A stretch of 64,000 nucleotides of DNA from Armatimonadota bacterium (GTDB taxonomy: Bacteria > Armatimonadota > UBA5829 > DSUL01), in the NCBI GenBank assembly GCA_039811685.1, contig JBDHZC010000001.1:736001-800000 (forward strand), read 5' to 3'. The notes under the pieces were generated by a model that did no database searches, was not told the origin of the DNA, and saw nothing but the letters and a program-made list of their open reading frames with translations. Position numbers and translations under genes: made by a program. Below are positions 20,485 to 30,936 of this stretch, one piece after another (position 1 is the stretch's first letter; each line of letters opens with the position of its first letter).

Positions 20485-20720
20485 TATTCAGTCCACTCCG
20501 TTACCGGTGGCTTTGCGTCTGGCTCCTGGTGCGCTGAGAAGTCAGTCAAAGCCAGGCGTCCTTTCCTGTATCTCCAGTGACCGCCTGGCTGGGGGCCGCA
20601 CGACGTTGCCGCAGCACCAGAAGCACAACAGAGTGGCTTTTGACTGACCGGCAGAATCGTAAGCGCAAACAATGCCCACACATCCGACAGCTTCGTCGGT
20701 TTATTGCGTTACCGGTTACT

Positions 20721-21878
20721 CTAGTATAGCAGGTATTGGCTACGAGTGCGAATGAAATCCTGCAAATTCTGTTGCCATCCTTGCGCGATCTCCGCACCCG
20801 ACACTCCATCCGCAACCTGAGTTCGAACCCGATCTCCGCCCGTCAGTAGATCTATGAAATACCGGCCTGAAGGACCGGGCTCTCGAAACGCAAACTCGGA
20901 CGGATACATCGCCCGAATCAGGCACAGAATCTGAAGCCCGGCCGTCACTGGCTGGAAGCGACGCCTATCGGTCAGATGAAGCTGGATACCAGCACACTGC
21001 GTATCCTTATGTTTGGAAAACCAGGGCTGAAAATACACGGCGCGAGCGATAGCTCCCGGAATATTTTCCTCGTTGATCCGCTCAGCAAGCGCTTCCGCGT
21101 CAATCCACGGCGCTCCGACGATCTCAAAAGGTCTTGTCGTGCCCCTGCCCTCACTCAGATTTGTGCCTTCGAAGAGGCACATTCCCGGGTAGACAGTCGC
21201 GGTATCGAGAGTGGGCATGCCAGGCGAAGGCATCACCCACGGAAGACCCGTTTCATCAAACCATTGATCGCGCGACCACCCCTCCACACGCACGACCTCC
21301 ACTGAGCCTTCTGGAGCTTTTATGCGGTCAGCGACAAGAAGCGCCATCTCACCAACTGTCATCCCATGGCGCGTGCTTACTGGATACAGGCCAACAAGAG
21401 AGGAAAACGCCGGATCCAGGACAGGACCCTCGACTGCCGCGCCGGAGATGGGATTTGGCCGGTCGAGAATCAGCATCTGAAGGCCATTTTCGACAACCGC
21501 TTCCAGAGCATGCGCCATCGTCCACATAAAGGTGTAGAATCGCGAGCCGACGTCCTGGATGTCAAAGACCATAACATCCAACCCATCCAGCATCTCAGGA
21601 GTGGGCTTGTGCGTCTGGCCGTAGAGGCTGTGCACTGGCAGGCCCGTCTTGTCATCCACCCCGGAGGAAACATACTGCCCGTCCGCCACTGCGCCGCGGA
21701 TGCCGTGCTCGGGCCCAAACAGCGCTCGCAGCTCCAGCCCTTCGTCCAGCATCCGGTTCACGAGTGGCTTCAGTTGTGAGGTGAGTCCCGTGTGGTTAGT
21801 GAGTAACCCAAGCCTCACGCCACTCAATTTTGGCGTGTAAGTGTCGAGAAAAACTTCGCATCCGAGCTTGACAGACAT
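20721..21878 (-). CDS. Exo-beta-N-acetylmuramidase NamZ family (DUF1343)
   Basis: GLLTNHTG, FGPEHG, FDIQDVGSRFYTF, LDRPNP, EGTNLSEGRGTTRPFE. Confidence 0.93.
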   Translation of the reverse strand: MSVKLGCEVFLDTYTPKLSGVRLGLLTNHTGLTSQLKPLVNRMLDEGLELRALFGPEHGIRGAVADGQYVSSGVDDKTGLPVHSLYGQTHKPTPEMLDGLDVMVFDIQDVGSRFYTFMWTMAHALEAVVENGLQMLILDRPNPISGAAVEGPVLDPAFSSLVGLYPVSTRHGMTVGEMALLVADRIKAPEGSVEVVRVEGWSRDQWFDETGLPWVMPSPGMPTLDTATVYPGMCLFEGTNLSEGRGTTRPFEIVGAPWIDAEALAERINEENIPGAIARAVYFQPWFSKHKDTQCAGIQLHLTDRRRFQPVTAGLQILCLIRAMYPSEFAFREPGPSGRYFIDLLTGGDRVRTQVADGVSGAEIAQGWQQNLQDFIRTRSQYLLY

Positions 21879-22109
21879 TGTCGATCCTTTCCAGGAGGCA
21901 GTCGCAATGCGCATGGTATTCGCCGGAGAGGAAAGCGTTGCCTGCTTTGACGGGGGAGACAGGGGAGAAAGGATTGGGAATGAGGGAAGTAAGGAGATGA
22001 GAAAGGGAGAGCGAAGCAGCGCTTTGAGGGGTGACAGATCGGTGGTGCGGAGTGAAGAACAGCCGTCTGAAGCCAGTGAGACTTATGTAAGTAACAGCAC
22101 GCTGGCCAC

Positions 22110-22138
22110 TTGTGTGTCGGCGAGACACAAGGTATAAT
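22110..22138 (+). promoter_or_regulatory. sigma70 promoter of tRNA-Ala
   Basis: TTGTGT-17bp-TATAAT, 33 bp upstream of the tRNA. Confidence 0.65.
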
Positions 22139-22171
22139 CGGGTGCGTAACTTACGTGACACTGCGATTTGT

Positions 22172-22244
22172 GGGGCTGTGGCTCAGTTGGGAGAGCGCTT
22201 CCTTCGCACGGAAGAGGTCGGCGGTTCGAATCCGCTCAGCTCCA
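22172..22244 (+). tRNA. tRNA-Ala(CGC)
   Basis: GGGGCTGTGGCTCAGTTGGGAGAGCG, CTTCC-TTCGCAC-GGAAG anticodon arm, GGTTCGAATCC, G3:U70 pair. Confidence 0.96.
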
Positions 22245-22345
22245 CATTGTATTTTTCCTTTTTGAGCGAACGGCCCGGCGATGATCTCACCGGGCCGTTG
22301 CCAACTCTGAGGTCTGCGCATTTTCTCAGCCGCGAGAGTCCGCGC

Positions 22346-23554
22346 TTATTGTGCCCGCGCTGTTCTATCCAGAGCGGCGCGGATTGCGCTTGCGGAAGCC
22401 TCAAGCGTGTAGTCAATAATCTCGTCTGTATGGGCGGGTGAGATGAACCAGTTGTGCCATGGGTCGAAGTAGATACGCCGGTTCGCTGTTTCATCGTAGA
22501 AAGCGTCAGCCAGTTCGCCAAGTCCTTCGCCGAAAGAGAGGTGTGGCATGGGCGCCTGCCCGGTGCTGTGCGCATCAACTCCCGCAGCCTTCATGACCTC
22601 ATCCAGTCCGTCCATCAGCTTCTTCCCCTGCCGCCAGATGATGGACACCCCGTCCGTTTCCTCCATAAGCCGGATGGTGGCCAGCGCGGCGGCAACACCG
22701 AGAAGCTGACCGTGGAAAGTCGCGGCGACCCACACGTTAGCGGCCTGCTCCATGATCTCTTTTTTTCCAACTACCATCGCGACATCGTAGCCGTTGCCCA
22801 GTGCCTTACCAAAGGTGGAAAGGTCAGGCGTGACACCAGCGACTTCCTGATATCCGCCAAGAGCAAAGCGAAAACCGCTCTTCACCTCGTCAAAACAGAG
22901 CAGCGTACCGTGACTCGCGCAAAGCTCCTTGACGCCGGCCAGATACTCTTCTGAGGGCCCTTGTCCCTGGAAGGCTTCGAGCATGAAGACCGCATACTCA
23001 CCCGGATGAGAATCCAGAGCCTCCCGCAGTGATTCGAGATCGTCGTAGCGCACAGCCGTTGTCAGGGCGCCCACAACCTTTGGAACCCCCGCTCCGTCCG
23101 GGTCAGCCCAGTCGTGCCACCCGTGATAGCCGCACCTGAGCACGCGATCGCGCCCGGTGACAGCGCGCGCAATTTTCACGGCCCCGGTCGTCGCGCCTGA
23201 CCCTCCGGTGAAGTAGCTCAGCATATCGCAGGAAGGAATGAGGCGCGCCAGCAGTCGGGCCAGCTCAAGTTCTTTGGGATGGTGGATATTAAAGATTACG
23301 CCTTCATCAACCTGCGCTTTGACGGCGGCGTCCACAACGGGATTCCCGTAACCCACAAGCATCGGGCCAAACGCGCAGAGATAGTCGATATACTCATTGC
23401 CGTCCGCGTCCCAGAAACTGGCGCCTTTTCCTCGAACCGCATAAACAGGGTAGCGCCCGTTCACCTTGCCAGGGCGTTTGTGGCCCTGACCACCGCCCAG
23501 AAGAAGCGCTTTTGCCTGCTCGAAAAGCTCTTCGGATGTCTCTATCGATCTCAA
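22346..23554 (-). CDS. Class III PLP aminotransferase (GSA aminomutase-like)
   Basis: WDADGNEYIDY, GYHGWHD, FDEVKSGFR, TFGKALGNG. TTG start after AGGAGG. Confidence 0.88.
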   Translation of the reverse strand: MRSIETSEELFEQAKALLLGGGQGHKRPGKVNGRYPVYAVRGKGASFWDADGNEYIDYLCAFGPMLVGYGNPVVDAAVKAQVDEGVIFNIHHPKELELARLLARLIPSCDMLSYFTGGSGATTGAVKIARAVTGRDRVLRCGYHGWHDWADPDGAGVPKVVGALTTAVRYDDLESLREALDSHPGEYAVFMLEAFQGQGPSEEYLAGVKELCASHGTLLCFDEVKSGFRFALGGYQEVAGVTPDLSTFGKALGNGYDVAMVVGKKEIMEQAANVWVAATFHGQLLGVAAALATIRLMEETDGVSIIWRQGKKLMDGLDEVMKAAGVDAHSTGQAPMPHLSFGEGLGELADAFYDETANRRIYFDPWHNWFISPAHTDEIIDYTLEASASAIRAALDRTARAQ

Positions 23555-23582
23555 ATGGATTCCTCCTGTAACGCGGACGCGT

Positions 23583-25766
23583 TTATTGTGCGTGACTTCT
23601 CTCCAGCACGACAACTGCGGCGCTGCGCGCGCCAACTGTCACCCTGTGCTCCCGGTCTGCGGTTTTGCGCGCCGGCGAAGGCTCACCTGCTTTGATCACG
23701 CTCACGGCGAAGTGCTCACCCTCACCAATACCCACCGCTTCCAAAGGAAGTTTCAGCGCGATCTCGTGAGCCTCATCGCTTACGTTCGCAAGCGCCACTC
23801 CAACCCTTCCCTTTTCGGATTTCCAGACACTCGCAAGAACTGAGGGCATCGAGATGGGATACGTCGCATCAGAGAAAGCGGCAGATCCTTCGCCGGTCAC
23901 GACCGGATTGTCCCCGCCAGCCTGCAATTCGCCGAGGAACCGTCCCTCGGCCAAAAACTCGTGCGCGAGGTGACGGCAGCGGGACAGGTTGCGGAGAAAC
24001 TCTGCCTCGGTTGAGGCTTTTGGATCCATTATCCGTCCAACACCAACCCATCCAAGCTGTGAACCCCAGACGAAAGCTCTTCCCATCTTTGCGCGCCACG
24101 GAAGCGAACGATCGAGGTCGTCCGGAGCAATGTACTGGAATCCAAACGCGATCGCGCGTCCCGAATACACGGCCGGAAAGATCGGAATCGGGCGCGCGGC
24201 GGCGGAGGCCGGGGTATTCACGAGCAGGAGCGCATCCAGCTGGTCATTCCAGCACTCCCCATCTTCCTCCGTGGTTATCGCTTTGTCTTCCGGCAGTTCC
24301 CGGCGAATTTGGTCCAGCATCCGGCGGTAACCCTCCACCCAGAATGTCCCACCGCCAGGAGGGTGCCCGTGTCCGGTTGCAAAGCAGCGCTCGGGATGAG
24401 CCGCTCCAATCTGGTCAATATACACAGCATCCACTCCGTACTCCTGCGTAAGCCGCCTGACCAGACCTGCAATCTTATCCTGCCAGAAGCCTGTCGCCGG
24501 ACACATCACATTCAAGGGGACCTTGGAGCCATAGACCTCTGTGTAAGGCTCCCCATCCTCTTTGCGCGCCGCCCACCTGCTGCCGCCCTCTTCGTTCCAG
24601 GTTGTAGAGTTGGGATCGCAAAGGCGTCCGTTGATATAAGGCATCACGCGAAAGCCGGCTTCCTGCAGCTTGCGCACACCTTCGGCGAAGTTCGGCTTGG
24701 CCGGGAAATACTCGGGGTAGAGCGTATCGAAGGGAATCTCGTGCCAGCGATACCAGTGAAGCGCGATGGGCACTCCGAAGTACTCCGAGGCTTCAATGCA
24801 CGCCTCGACATTCTCGAGAGGCTCCGGCGCCGGCATAAGCCACAGGTCCGTATCCCTCATCCACGAAGGAATAGCTCTGTGTCCGAGCGTCAGGTCTTTT
24901 CCCCACTTCGTCTCGAAAGTGAAGTCCCGGTAGAGACTGGCTGCCTCGTAATGACTTCCGCGAAAGGCCGCGATAACAGGCTGGTAGGGTAAACGCCACT
25001 GTGACTGACCTGGCTCGAGAGCCAGCCAGTTGGAACAGACGAAGCTGGCATGGGATTCGTCTGCTCTGGCCACCAGGCGTTTGTGCGATCCGCGCACATC
25101 GTGCAGTCCAATGTAGAGGCCACGCGCCGCATCGTAAAACGCCGTAAACTGCATGGCCGCCATAACAGAAGGGTAGGTAGCGCCGTAGGACATTCCCGGC
25201 TTTACCGGATATTCACAACCCCAGCCAGCGGGTGCGGCGAACTTCAGTCCGCGGCGGAGGGCGATGTTTGGAATCCGCGGAAAGTCTGCCCGCACGACTG
25301 TCCAGCCAGCAGCCACCGTTGCCGACAGCGACCAGCGCGTCAGCGACTTCTCCGCATCTGCCACCACCTTCATCTGGACACTGGTGAGCCCTTGCGCTGA
25401 ATCTCCATCCCATTCGACCAGAACTTCTCCGGACCGCTGCTCGAAATGACTCAGAGCCAGGGTGGAGGCCGACACATCGGATGTTTTCGACTCCGGACCC
25501 TCCAGCGCAATCTGCCACAGACTGCCGTCTTCACCAGCCTCACTCAGCCACTGCGTCGCGCCCGTTGAAACCTCTTGCAGCTTCAAGCGCTTCGACTCGG
25601 CAGCAAAAACGAGCTTTAAATCGCCGCTTCTCAGTGTGGCGATGTTGCCTGTCATCGCATCCTCCCCACTTGCAGCCCCTGACAAAAGCAGAAGCGCACC
25701 CAGTAACGCACACAGCAGGCGCCGAACGCTGCCGTTCAGCGACTCGCGAGAGAACGATAGTATCAT
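23583..25766 (-). CDS. Secreted putative glycoside hydrolase (DUF6259-like)
   Basis: Signal peptide; HWYRWH..PFD..YPEYFP, MPYINGRL, MCP..W, DAVYIDQI. AGGAGG RBS. Confidence 0.7.
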   Translation of the reverse strand: MILSFSRESLNGSVRRLLCALLGALLLLSGAASGEDAMTGNIATLRSGDLKLVFAAESKRLKLQEVSTGATQWLSEAGEDGSLWQIALEGPESKTSDVSASTLALSHFEQRSGEVLVEWDGDSAQGLTSVQMKVVADAEKSLTRWSLSATVAAGWTVVRADFPRIPNIALRRGLKFAAPAGWGCEYPVKPGMSYGATYPSVMAAMQFTAFYDAARGLYIGLHDVRGSHKRLVARADESHASFVCSNWLALEPGQSQWRLPYQPVIAAFRGSHYEAASLYRDFTFETKWGKDLTLGHRAIPSWMRDTDLWLMPAPEPLENVEACIEASEYFGVPIALHWYRWHEIPFDTLYPEYFPAKPNFAEGVRKLQEAGFRVMPYINGRLCDPNSTTWNEEGGSRWAARKEDGEPYTEVYGSKVPLNVMCPATGFWQDKIAGLVRRLTQEYGVDAVYIDQIGAAHPERCFATGHGHPPGGGTFWVEGYRRMLDQIRRELPEDKAITTEEDGECWNDQLDALLLVNTPASAAARPIPIFPAVYSGRAIAFGFQYIAPDDLDRSLPWRAKMGRAFVWGSQLGWVGVGRIMDPKASTEAEFLRNLSRCRHLAHEFLAEGRFLGELQAGGDNPVVTGEGSAAFSDATYPISMPSVLASVWKSEKGRVGVALANVSDEAHEIALKLPLEAVGIGEGEHFAVSVIKAGEPSPARKTADREHRVTVGARSAAVVVLERSHAQ

Positions 25767-26088
25767 GCATTCATCCTCCTGGAGCCTTGCCTCAATTTCA
25801 CCTGACGCCTCCGACTCTTCTTGTTGGTGATCAACCTGGTTGCGTCCCAACCTCTTCCGCGCTGCGGGCAGTGGGACCTGCCGGAGGGGCCGGAAGCACA
25901 GGACGAGGGGTAAAAAAAACGGCCCATGCGCCAGGTGCCTGCCGGAAGGGCGCGTCAAGGGGGGCAGTGAAAAGGCTGGAAACAACCGCGATTAGAAGAT
26001 ATATTAGAACCGCTGCTGGCGCGCCAGAGATGGACGCGCAAGGCGAAAGACAGCGCCGCGAAATAACCTGCGAGGAGTTCTGTCATAA

Positions 26089-26970
26089 ATGCCGAATGTC
26101 TGGCTCGCGCTTGGGCTTACGCTGTTCGCGGGAATGGCCACCGGAATCGGAAGCGTCATCGCCTTCGCTGCCCACCGGACAAACTACCGCTTTCTGTCTG
26201 TTGCGGCCGGCTTTTCCGCGGGCGTTATGCTCTATGTCTCTTTCGTTGAGATATTTCCCGAAGGAACTCGCGCCCTCATCAGTGCGTACGGCCCGCGCCT
26301 CGGACACTGGCTCAATGCGGGGTCGTTCTTCGCAGGGATGCTGCTCATCGGGATTATCGACAATCTGATCCCCGCAGCCGAAAACCCACATGAGACGCAC
26401 GCACAAGCGCAACGCGATATCCTGCATGACCCATCAGTATCCACATCACCGGCTGCCGGCGCCGGACACAGCCATCACAGCGCCAGTGCGGCCAACGGAC
26501 ATCTCCACCGCATGGGACTTTTCACGGCGATCGCAATCGGTATTCACAACTTCCCCGAGGGACTCGCCACATTTGTGGCCGCGCTGGAAGATCCCAAGCT
26601 TGGCGTCGCTATCGCGGTGGCAGTCGCGCTACACAACATCCCCGAAGGCATCAGCGTGTCCGTGCCGATCTACTATGCAACAGGAAACCGGGCCAAAGCC
26701 TTCTATTATTCGGTGCTGAGTGGCCTGGCCGAACCAGTAGGGGCGATCATAGGTTATTTGATCCTGATACTCTTTTCCGGAACCACAGACGGTCAGATAC
26801 CTGCCGCTCTGATGGGCACGCTGTTCGGTGGAATCGCAGGCATCATGGTCTATATCAGCCTTGATGAACTCCTGCCGACAAGCCGCGCCTATGGCCAGGG
26901 CCATGACAGCCTGTACGGACTGGTTGCAGGGATGGTGGTGATGTCGCTCAGCCTGCTCCTCACCAAATAG
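26089..26970 (+). CDS. zupT: ZIP-family zinc transporter ZupT
   Basis: [15 protein letters not shown], His-rich loop, HNFPEG and HNIPEG motifs. Confidence 0.93.
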   Translation: MPNVWLALGLTLFAGMATGIGSVIAFAAHRTNYRFLSVAAGFSAGVMLYVSFVEIFPEGTRALISAYGPRLGHWLNAGSFFAGMLLIGIIDNLIPAAENPHETHAQAQRDILHDPSVSTSPAAGAGHSHHSASAANGHLHRMGLFTAIAIGIHNFPEGLATFVAALEDPKLGVAIAVAVALHNIPEGISVSVPIYYATGNRAKAFYYSVLSGLAEPVGAIIGYLILILFSGTTDGQIPAALMGTLFGGIAGIMVYISLDELLPTSRAYGQGHDSLYGLVAGMVVMSLSLLLTK

Positions 26971-27090
26971 CCAGAAACGGCTTCGACGGCGAGCGGATCC
27001 TGTAATCTCCTTCACGGAAGTCAAGTCAGTGGTACAGTTTATGCACTAAACCTGTACAGAGATTGACATTATGAAAGGAGGCAACAGAGA

Positions 27091-27339
27091 GTGAAGTACT
27101 CTACCTATATTGCCGTCGTCGCTTCCATCGCCGCTGTCGCGTTTGGCACGGTGGCGTTCCACGGTCGGACAGCGGCCGCAGATGCTGACGGGTCACCGCT
27201 GTTTGCGTACAGAATCGTGACACTTGCCAGCGCACACCCGTCAGTGCAGCAGGACATCCTGAATCAGTGGGCGCGCAACGGCTGGGAGCTTATTACGGTG
27301 GACGAAAGACAAGCCTATCTCAAAAGACGCCTGCGCTGA
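27091..27339 (+). CDS. Small secreted protein (DUF4177-like)
   Basis: Strong AAAGGAGG RBS, signal peptide, LNQWARNGWELITV...YLKR motif. Confidence 0.75.
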   Translation: MKYSTYIAVVASIAAVAFGTVAFHGRTAAADADGSPLFAYRIVTLASAHPSVQQDILNQWARNGWELITVDERQAYLKRRLR

Positions 27340-27475
27340 GGCGAATCTGGTCGGGGAGTAGATAGGACACAGAGCTCTGCCTCAGAGCAGGCGCCAGACC
27401 AACGGAGCGCACAAACCAGCCAGACTCCGAACAAAGCCTCTGTAAGTTTGACAGGGTTCATGGCAAAGAGTACAA

Positions 27476-29317
27476 TTGAAGGTCTTTGTCAACCATGGAG
27501 CATGGATGCAGCTTATGAGGTTTTGGTCAGCGCTACTTGTTGTCTCTCTTCTAGCTACAGGGCCGGTCACCCCGGCTCGAGGAGCAGCGTCAGTCCAGAC
27601 GCGCACTATCAGCGGCGGTGCGCAGGTTGTCGTCAATGGGCAACCGGCTTTGTCGCTGCGCACGTCTTCCGGTGGCTATGACGCGGCGCAACGGGCGGGT
27701 ATTGCGGCGAAGCGGATAAGCGACATGGTCGCGCAGAAACAGCCGGCCTCCAAGATCCGGGTCAAGGCTCACGGTGGAATGGTGTCCGTCGTGTGGGGCC
27801 ATCAGACAATCGCCAACGCTACTGCCGCAGAGGCTAAAGCTCAAGGCTCCGCACCACATTCCCTCGCGAGTCTCTGGGCAGAAAGGTTGCGCGCCCAGCT
27901 CAGTTTGCCTCCGCTCAAGCTTGTGCAGCGCGACCTGACAGTTCCCGTTGGAGAGACACGCAAGTCGCAGATTATTGGCTATTCCACCGGGCCTTTCACG
28001 GTAACAGCGGAGCCTGCCGGTGTCGCTACGCCAACTGTTGAGGCCTCAGGTACGCTTGTCGTTCAGGGTGTGAGGCCGGGCGTCGCATTAGTGCGCGTGA
28101 GCTCACCCGACGGCACTGATCAGATCAGCGTCACTGTGGCAAAGTACGCGGGACGCCTGGTGACAGCGTCCATTCCAGCCGAAGTCTCCGGCAAGAGCGT
28201 TCCCGCGGACGTTGTGGCTGAGGCGGCGTGGCGAGCGGCGCGCGTGACGTGCGCTCTGGAGCCAGGTGCAAGAGCAGATGTCACACTGGCGGCCAAGCCG
28301 ACGGCTATGTCGGACTCAAGGACCCGCCAGACCGTAGCGGCAATAGTGAAAATGAGCGGAGCCGGGTATCTGGACGCGCGCGTGCCCACCACCGTTGAAG
28401 TGATTCGTACCGCCGCTCCAACAATGCCTGCGAAAATGCTGTTCTACAGCAACAATCCCGAACGTGTTCTCCACCCGCAGCCCCTGTATGCTGCTCCTCT
28501 TACGCCCAATGAATCCGCCAGACTGCTGTACCATCATCAGAATGGCAGTGGTCAAAAGATGCGGGTAAGCATTATGCTCGTGAACACTTCGAGCGAAGTT
28601 GCCAAGATTCACACAATTGGCGCCCTCGCTGATCCCAGACAGGACCCCGTCGTTGTCGGATACCGCGCAGGCGCGCAGTTCCTGCAGGACCTGCACAACG
28701 GTGTTGGCTATGACGTTTTTCTCCCGCCGAAGAGCCGCAGCATCCTCTGGACAGGCATACTGGACAAGATGGAAACGGCCAGCGGTATTCTCCAGATGAG
28801 GCAGATGCTTGGCGGGAATGGCGTTCTGGTACGGGTGCTGTCTGAACCCGCTGGCATCACGAGGACTGCCCAGGACATTACGCCGGCGGAGGCTTCTGAT
28901 TATTCTCTGTCATTCTCCGCTCATCAGTACCCTCGCCCCGTTCGAGAGCTCAGCGAAGAATATGTCGCAGGCGATCGCTGGTTGTTCATTCGCGTTGGGA
29001 AACACGCTATTCCCGACGCCAGGGAAAGCCAGAAACTGGACGGTAACTACGGCGTGATCTACAAGATCGATCTGACAATTTCGAACCCTACCCCGCACGT
29101 AAAGAATGTACAGGTAATGTTTGACCCGACGGCTGGCGTTGCCGGAGTGGCTTCAATGATTGACGGACAGTTCCACGGAAAATCGCACGTTGTGGGCACC
29201 CGCGAATTGCCGCTGGCTAAGTACACTCTCAACCCCGGTGAGCAGCGCAAGGTCCACATGAGCACCGTCCCTCTGGCCGGATCCAACTACCCGGCAACCA
29301 TCGTTGTCCGGTCTTGA
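27476..29317 (+). CDS. Secreted hypothetical protein
   Basis: 613-aa ORF with signal peptide, Ig-like middle, FYSNNPE and GNYGVIY motifs. Stop overlaps the next start (TTGA). Confidence 0.75.
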   Translation: MKVFVNHGAWMQLMRFWSALLVVSLLATGPVTPARGAASVQTRTISGGAQVVVNGQPALSLRTSSGGYDAAQRAGIAAKRISDMVAQKQPASKIRVKAHGGMVSVVWGHQTIANATAAEAKAQGSAPHSLASLWAERLRAQLSLPPLKLVQRDLTVPVGETRKSQIIGYSTGPFTVTAEPAGVATPTVEASGTLVVQGVRPGVALVRVSSPDGTDQISVTVAKYAGRLVTASIPAEVSGKSVPADVVAEAAWRAARVTCALEPGARADVTLAAKPTAMSDSRTRQTVAAIVKMSGAGYLDARVPTTVEVIRTAAPTMPAKMLFYSNNPERVLHPQPLYAAPLTPNESARLLYHHQNGSGQKMRVSIMLVNTSSEVAKIHTIGALADPRQDPVVVGYRAGAQFLQDLHNGVGYDVFLPPKSRSILWTGILDKMETASGILQMRQMLGGNGVLVRVLSEPAGITRTAQDITPAEASDYSLSFSAHQYPRPVRELSEEYVAGDRWLFIRVGKHAIPDARESQKLDGNYGVIYKIDLTISNPTPHVKNVQVMFDPTAGVAGVASMIDGQFHGKSHVVGTRELPLAKYTLNPGEQRKVHMSTVPLAGSNYPATIVVRS

Positions 29318-30936
29318 CGCCGCCCACGCCGCTGCAGGTGGCTCTGGTTGCGATTCTCGCGGCAACGGGCTCGGGCGGTCTGTGTGGGCAAGGGGCTGAG
29401 GTTACGCAAATGACTCACAGTGCCGGAGCCGAAGCGCGCATCCTCTGGTGTGACTCTGCGGCCAACTTTGCGCGCCTGTCCACCCGGGATGGAGTCAGGA
29501 GCGTGATGGCCAAATGCAGTGAAGCCAACCTCAACATGGTTGTCGTCGATGTCAAGGACATCAACGGCAGAGTCCTCTACAACAGCTCCATCGCACCTCA
29601 CGACGACGAGAAGGACGGAATCAGGCGGGATGCAGGTTATGACTTGCTGCAGGTCGCAACTGAAGAGGCCAGACGGGTTAATATCGCGCCTTACGCCAGC
29701 ATCAATGTCTTTTCAGAAGGCCGGCAGGGACACGGCGGCCCAGCGACTGAGCGTCCCGAACTGCAGAGCACTATCTATACCCCGGAACCCTGGGTGACAA
29801 TCGAAGATGACGGCTATCCCGCTTCGTCTGTCAACAAGCGGGCGCTGCCCGGACGTCTCGCAGTATTTGAAAACGCTGCAGAGGCTGGCGCGCAGCAGCC
29901 CGGTGAGACATTTGTATTTCTCGACAGAGGCGCCGGAAGGATTGTACCGGCAGGCGAAGAGGTTGCCCTCAGCAGTTGCGTCCTGTTAGTCGCGAGCGGT
30001 GAAGCTGGCAACTGGTTGGGCCAACTAAGACCCGGGCAGCAGGCAGAGCTGATAGCAAAGCCTCGCTTCATTCCCGCGGGGCTGGCAGCAGAAGAGCACA
30101 ACGCTATATTCGTCAACCCATCAAACCCGGTGGCGAGAGACTACGAGCTGAGTGTTATTAAAGAAATTGTGCAGAACTATGACATTGATGGACTAGTTCT
30201 GGACAGGATGCGCTACCCGGGGCTGAATTCGGATTTCAGCGACCTTTCACGGCAGCAATTTGAAACCTGGCTTGGACGCAAGGTGAATCACTGGCCTGAA
30301 GAGATCATCGCCTTCGGACCCCTGCCGTCTGACAAACCGGTCTGGGGCCCACTGTTTCCTCAGTGGATCGAGTGGCGGGCGAGTGTGATCACATCATTTC
30401 TGAGCGAAGCGCACACAGTTATCAAGGAAGCGGGCAAGGAGACATCTGTCTATGTAGGCTCGTGGTACTGGGACTACTACCCACTGGGTGTAAACTGGGC
30501 TTCTGACAAATTCCACATTCAGACCGCCTGGCCCTCTGAGCAGTACGCGTCAACTGGCTATGCCGCGCTCAACGACTGGATGACGACCGGATGTTACTAT
30601 CCGACTCCCACCCGTGAGGAGGCTTCAGTCGCAGGGAAGCCGCCCGGAGGCACAGTGGAAGCTGCTGCCGAGACTTCGGTTAAAGCAATTGGGGCCGCCT
30701 CTTTTACATACGGAGGACTCTACCTGCTCGACTACAAGGGCGATCCAGACAGGTTTTGTCGTGCAGTAGATGTGTGCCGGCAGGTAACACAGGGAGTCAT
30801 GCTCTTTGATCTTGTCTATCTTGAAGATTATGGGTGGTGGGACGTAGTAAAAAAGGCCTTTCCACAACCCGCTCGCATCCCTCATAAAATAGACTCCTTG
30901 CGAAGTCAAATGCATGAGCTGTATGAGAGTCAGTAG
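29314..30936 (+). CDS. Glycoside hydrolase-like GHL10/DUF187 family protein
   Basis: VVVDVK..G.VLY.S, YDLL, FVNPSNP, EIVQNYDIDGLVLDRMRY, WIEWRA. Confidence 0.8.
   Translation: MTPPTPLQVALVAILAATGSGGLCGQGAEVTQMTHSAGAEARILWCDSAANFARLSTRDGVRSVMAKCSEANLNMVVVDVKDINGRVLYNSSIAPHDDEKDGIRRDAGYDLLQVATEEARRVNIAPYASINVFSEGRQGHGGPATERPELQSTIYTPEPWVTIEDDGYPASSVNKRALPGRLAVFENAAEAGAQQPGETFVFLDRGAGRIVPAGEEVALSSCVLLVASGEAGNWLGQLRPGQQAELIAKPRFIPAGLAAEEHNAIFVNPSNPVARDYELSVIKEIVQNYDIDGLVLDRMRYPGLNSDFSDLSRQQFETWLGRKVNHWPEEIIAFGPLPSDKPVWGPLFPQWIEWRASVITSFLSEAHTVIKEAGKETSVYVGSWYWDYYPLGVNWASDKFHIQTAWPSEQYASTGYAALNDWMTTGCYYPTPTREEASVAGKPPGGTVEAAAETSVKAIGAASFTYGGLYLLDYKGDPDRFCRAVDVCRQVTQGVMLFDLVYLEDYGWWDVVKKAFPQPARIPHKIDSLRSQMHELYESQ

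Noticed and set aside
20500..20719. glmS ribozyme, cobalamin riboswitch, SRP or 6S RNA
   Set aside because: Only fragmentary similarity (CACTGG...GGAAAGG, GAGCCAG). The core consensus elements are absent or out of order.
21950..22016. Purine-rich tract upstream of namZ
   Set aside because: Low complexity with no periodicity or interpretable structure.
25865..25970. Metal riboswitch upstream of zupT (repeated CCTGCCGGARGGGC)
   Set aside because: A short direct repeat is present, but there is no convincing match to the NiCo or yybP-ykoY consensus.
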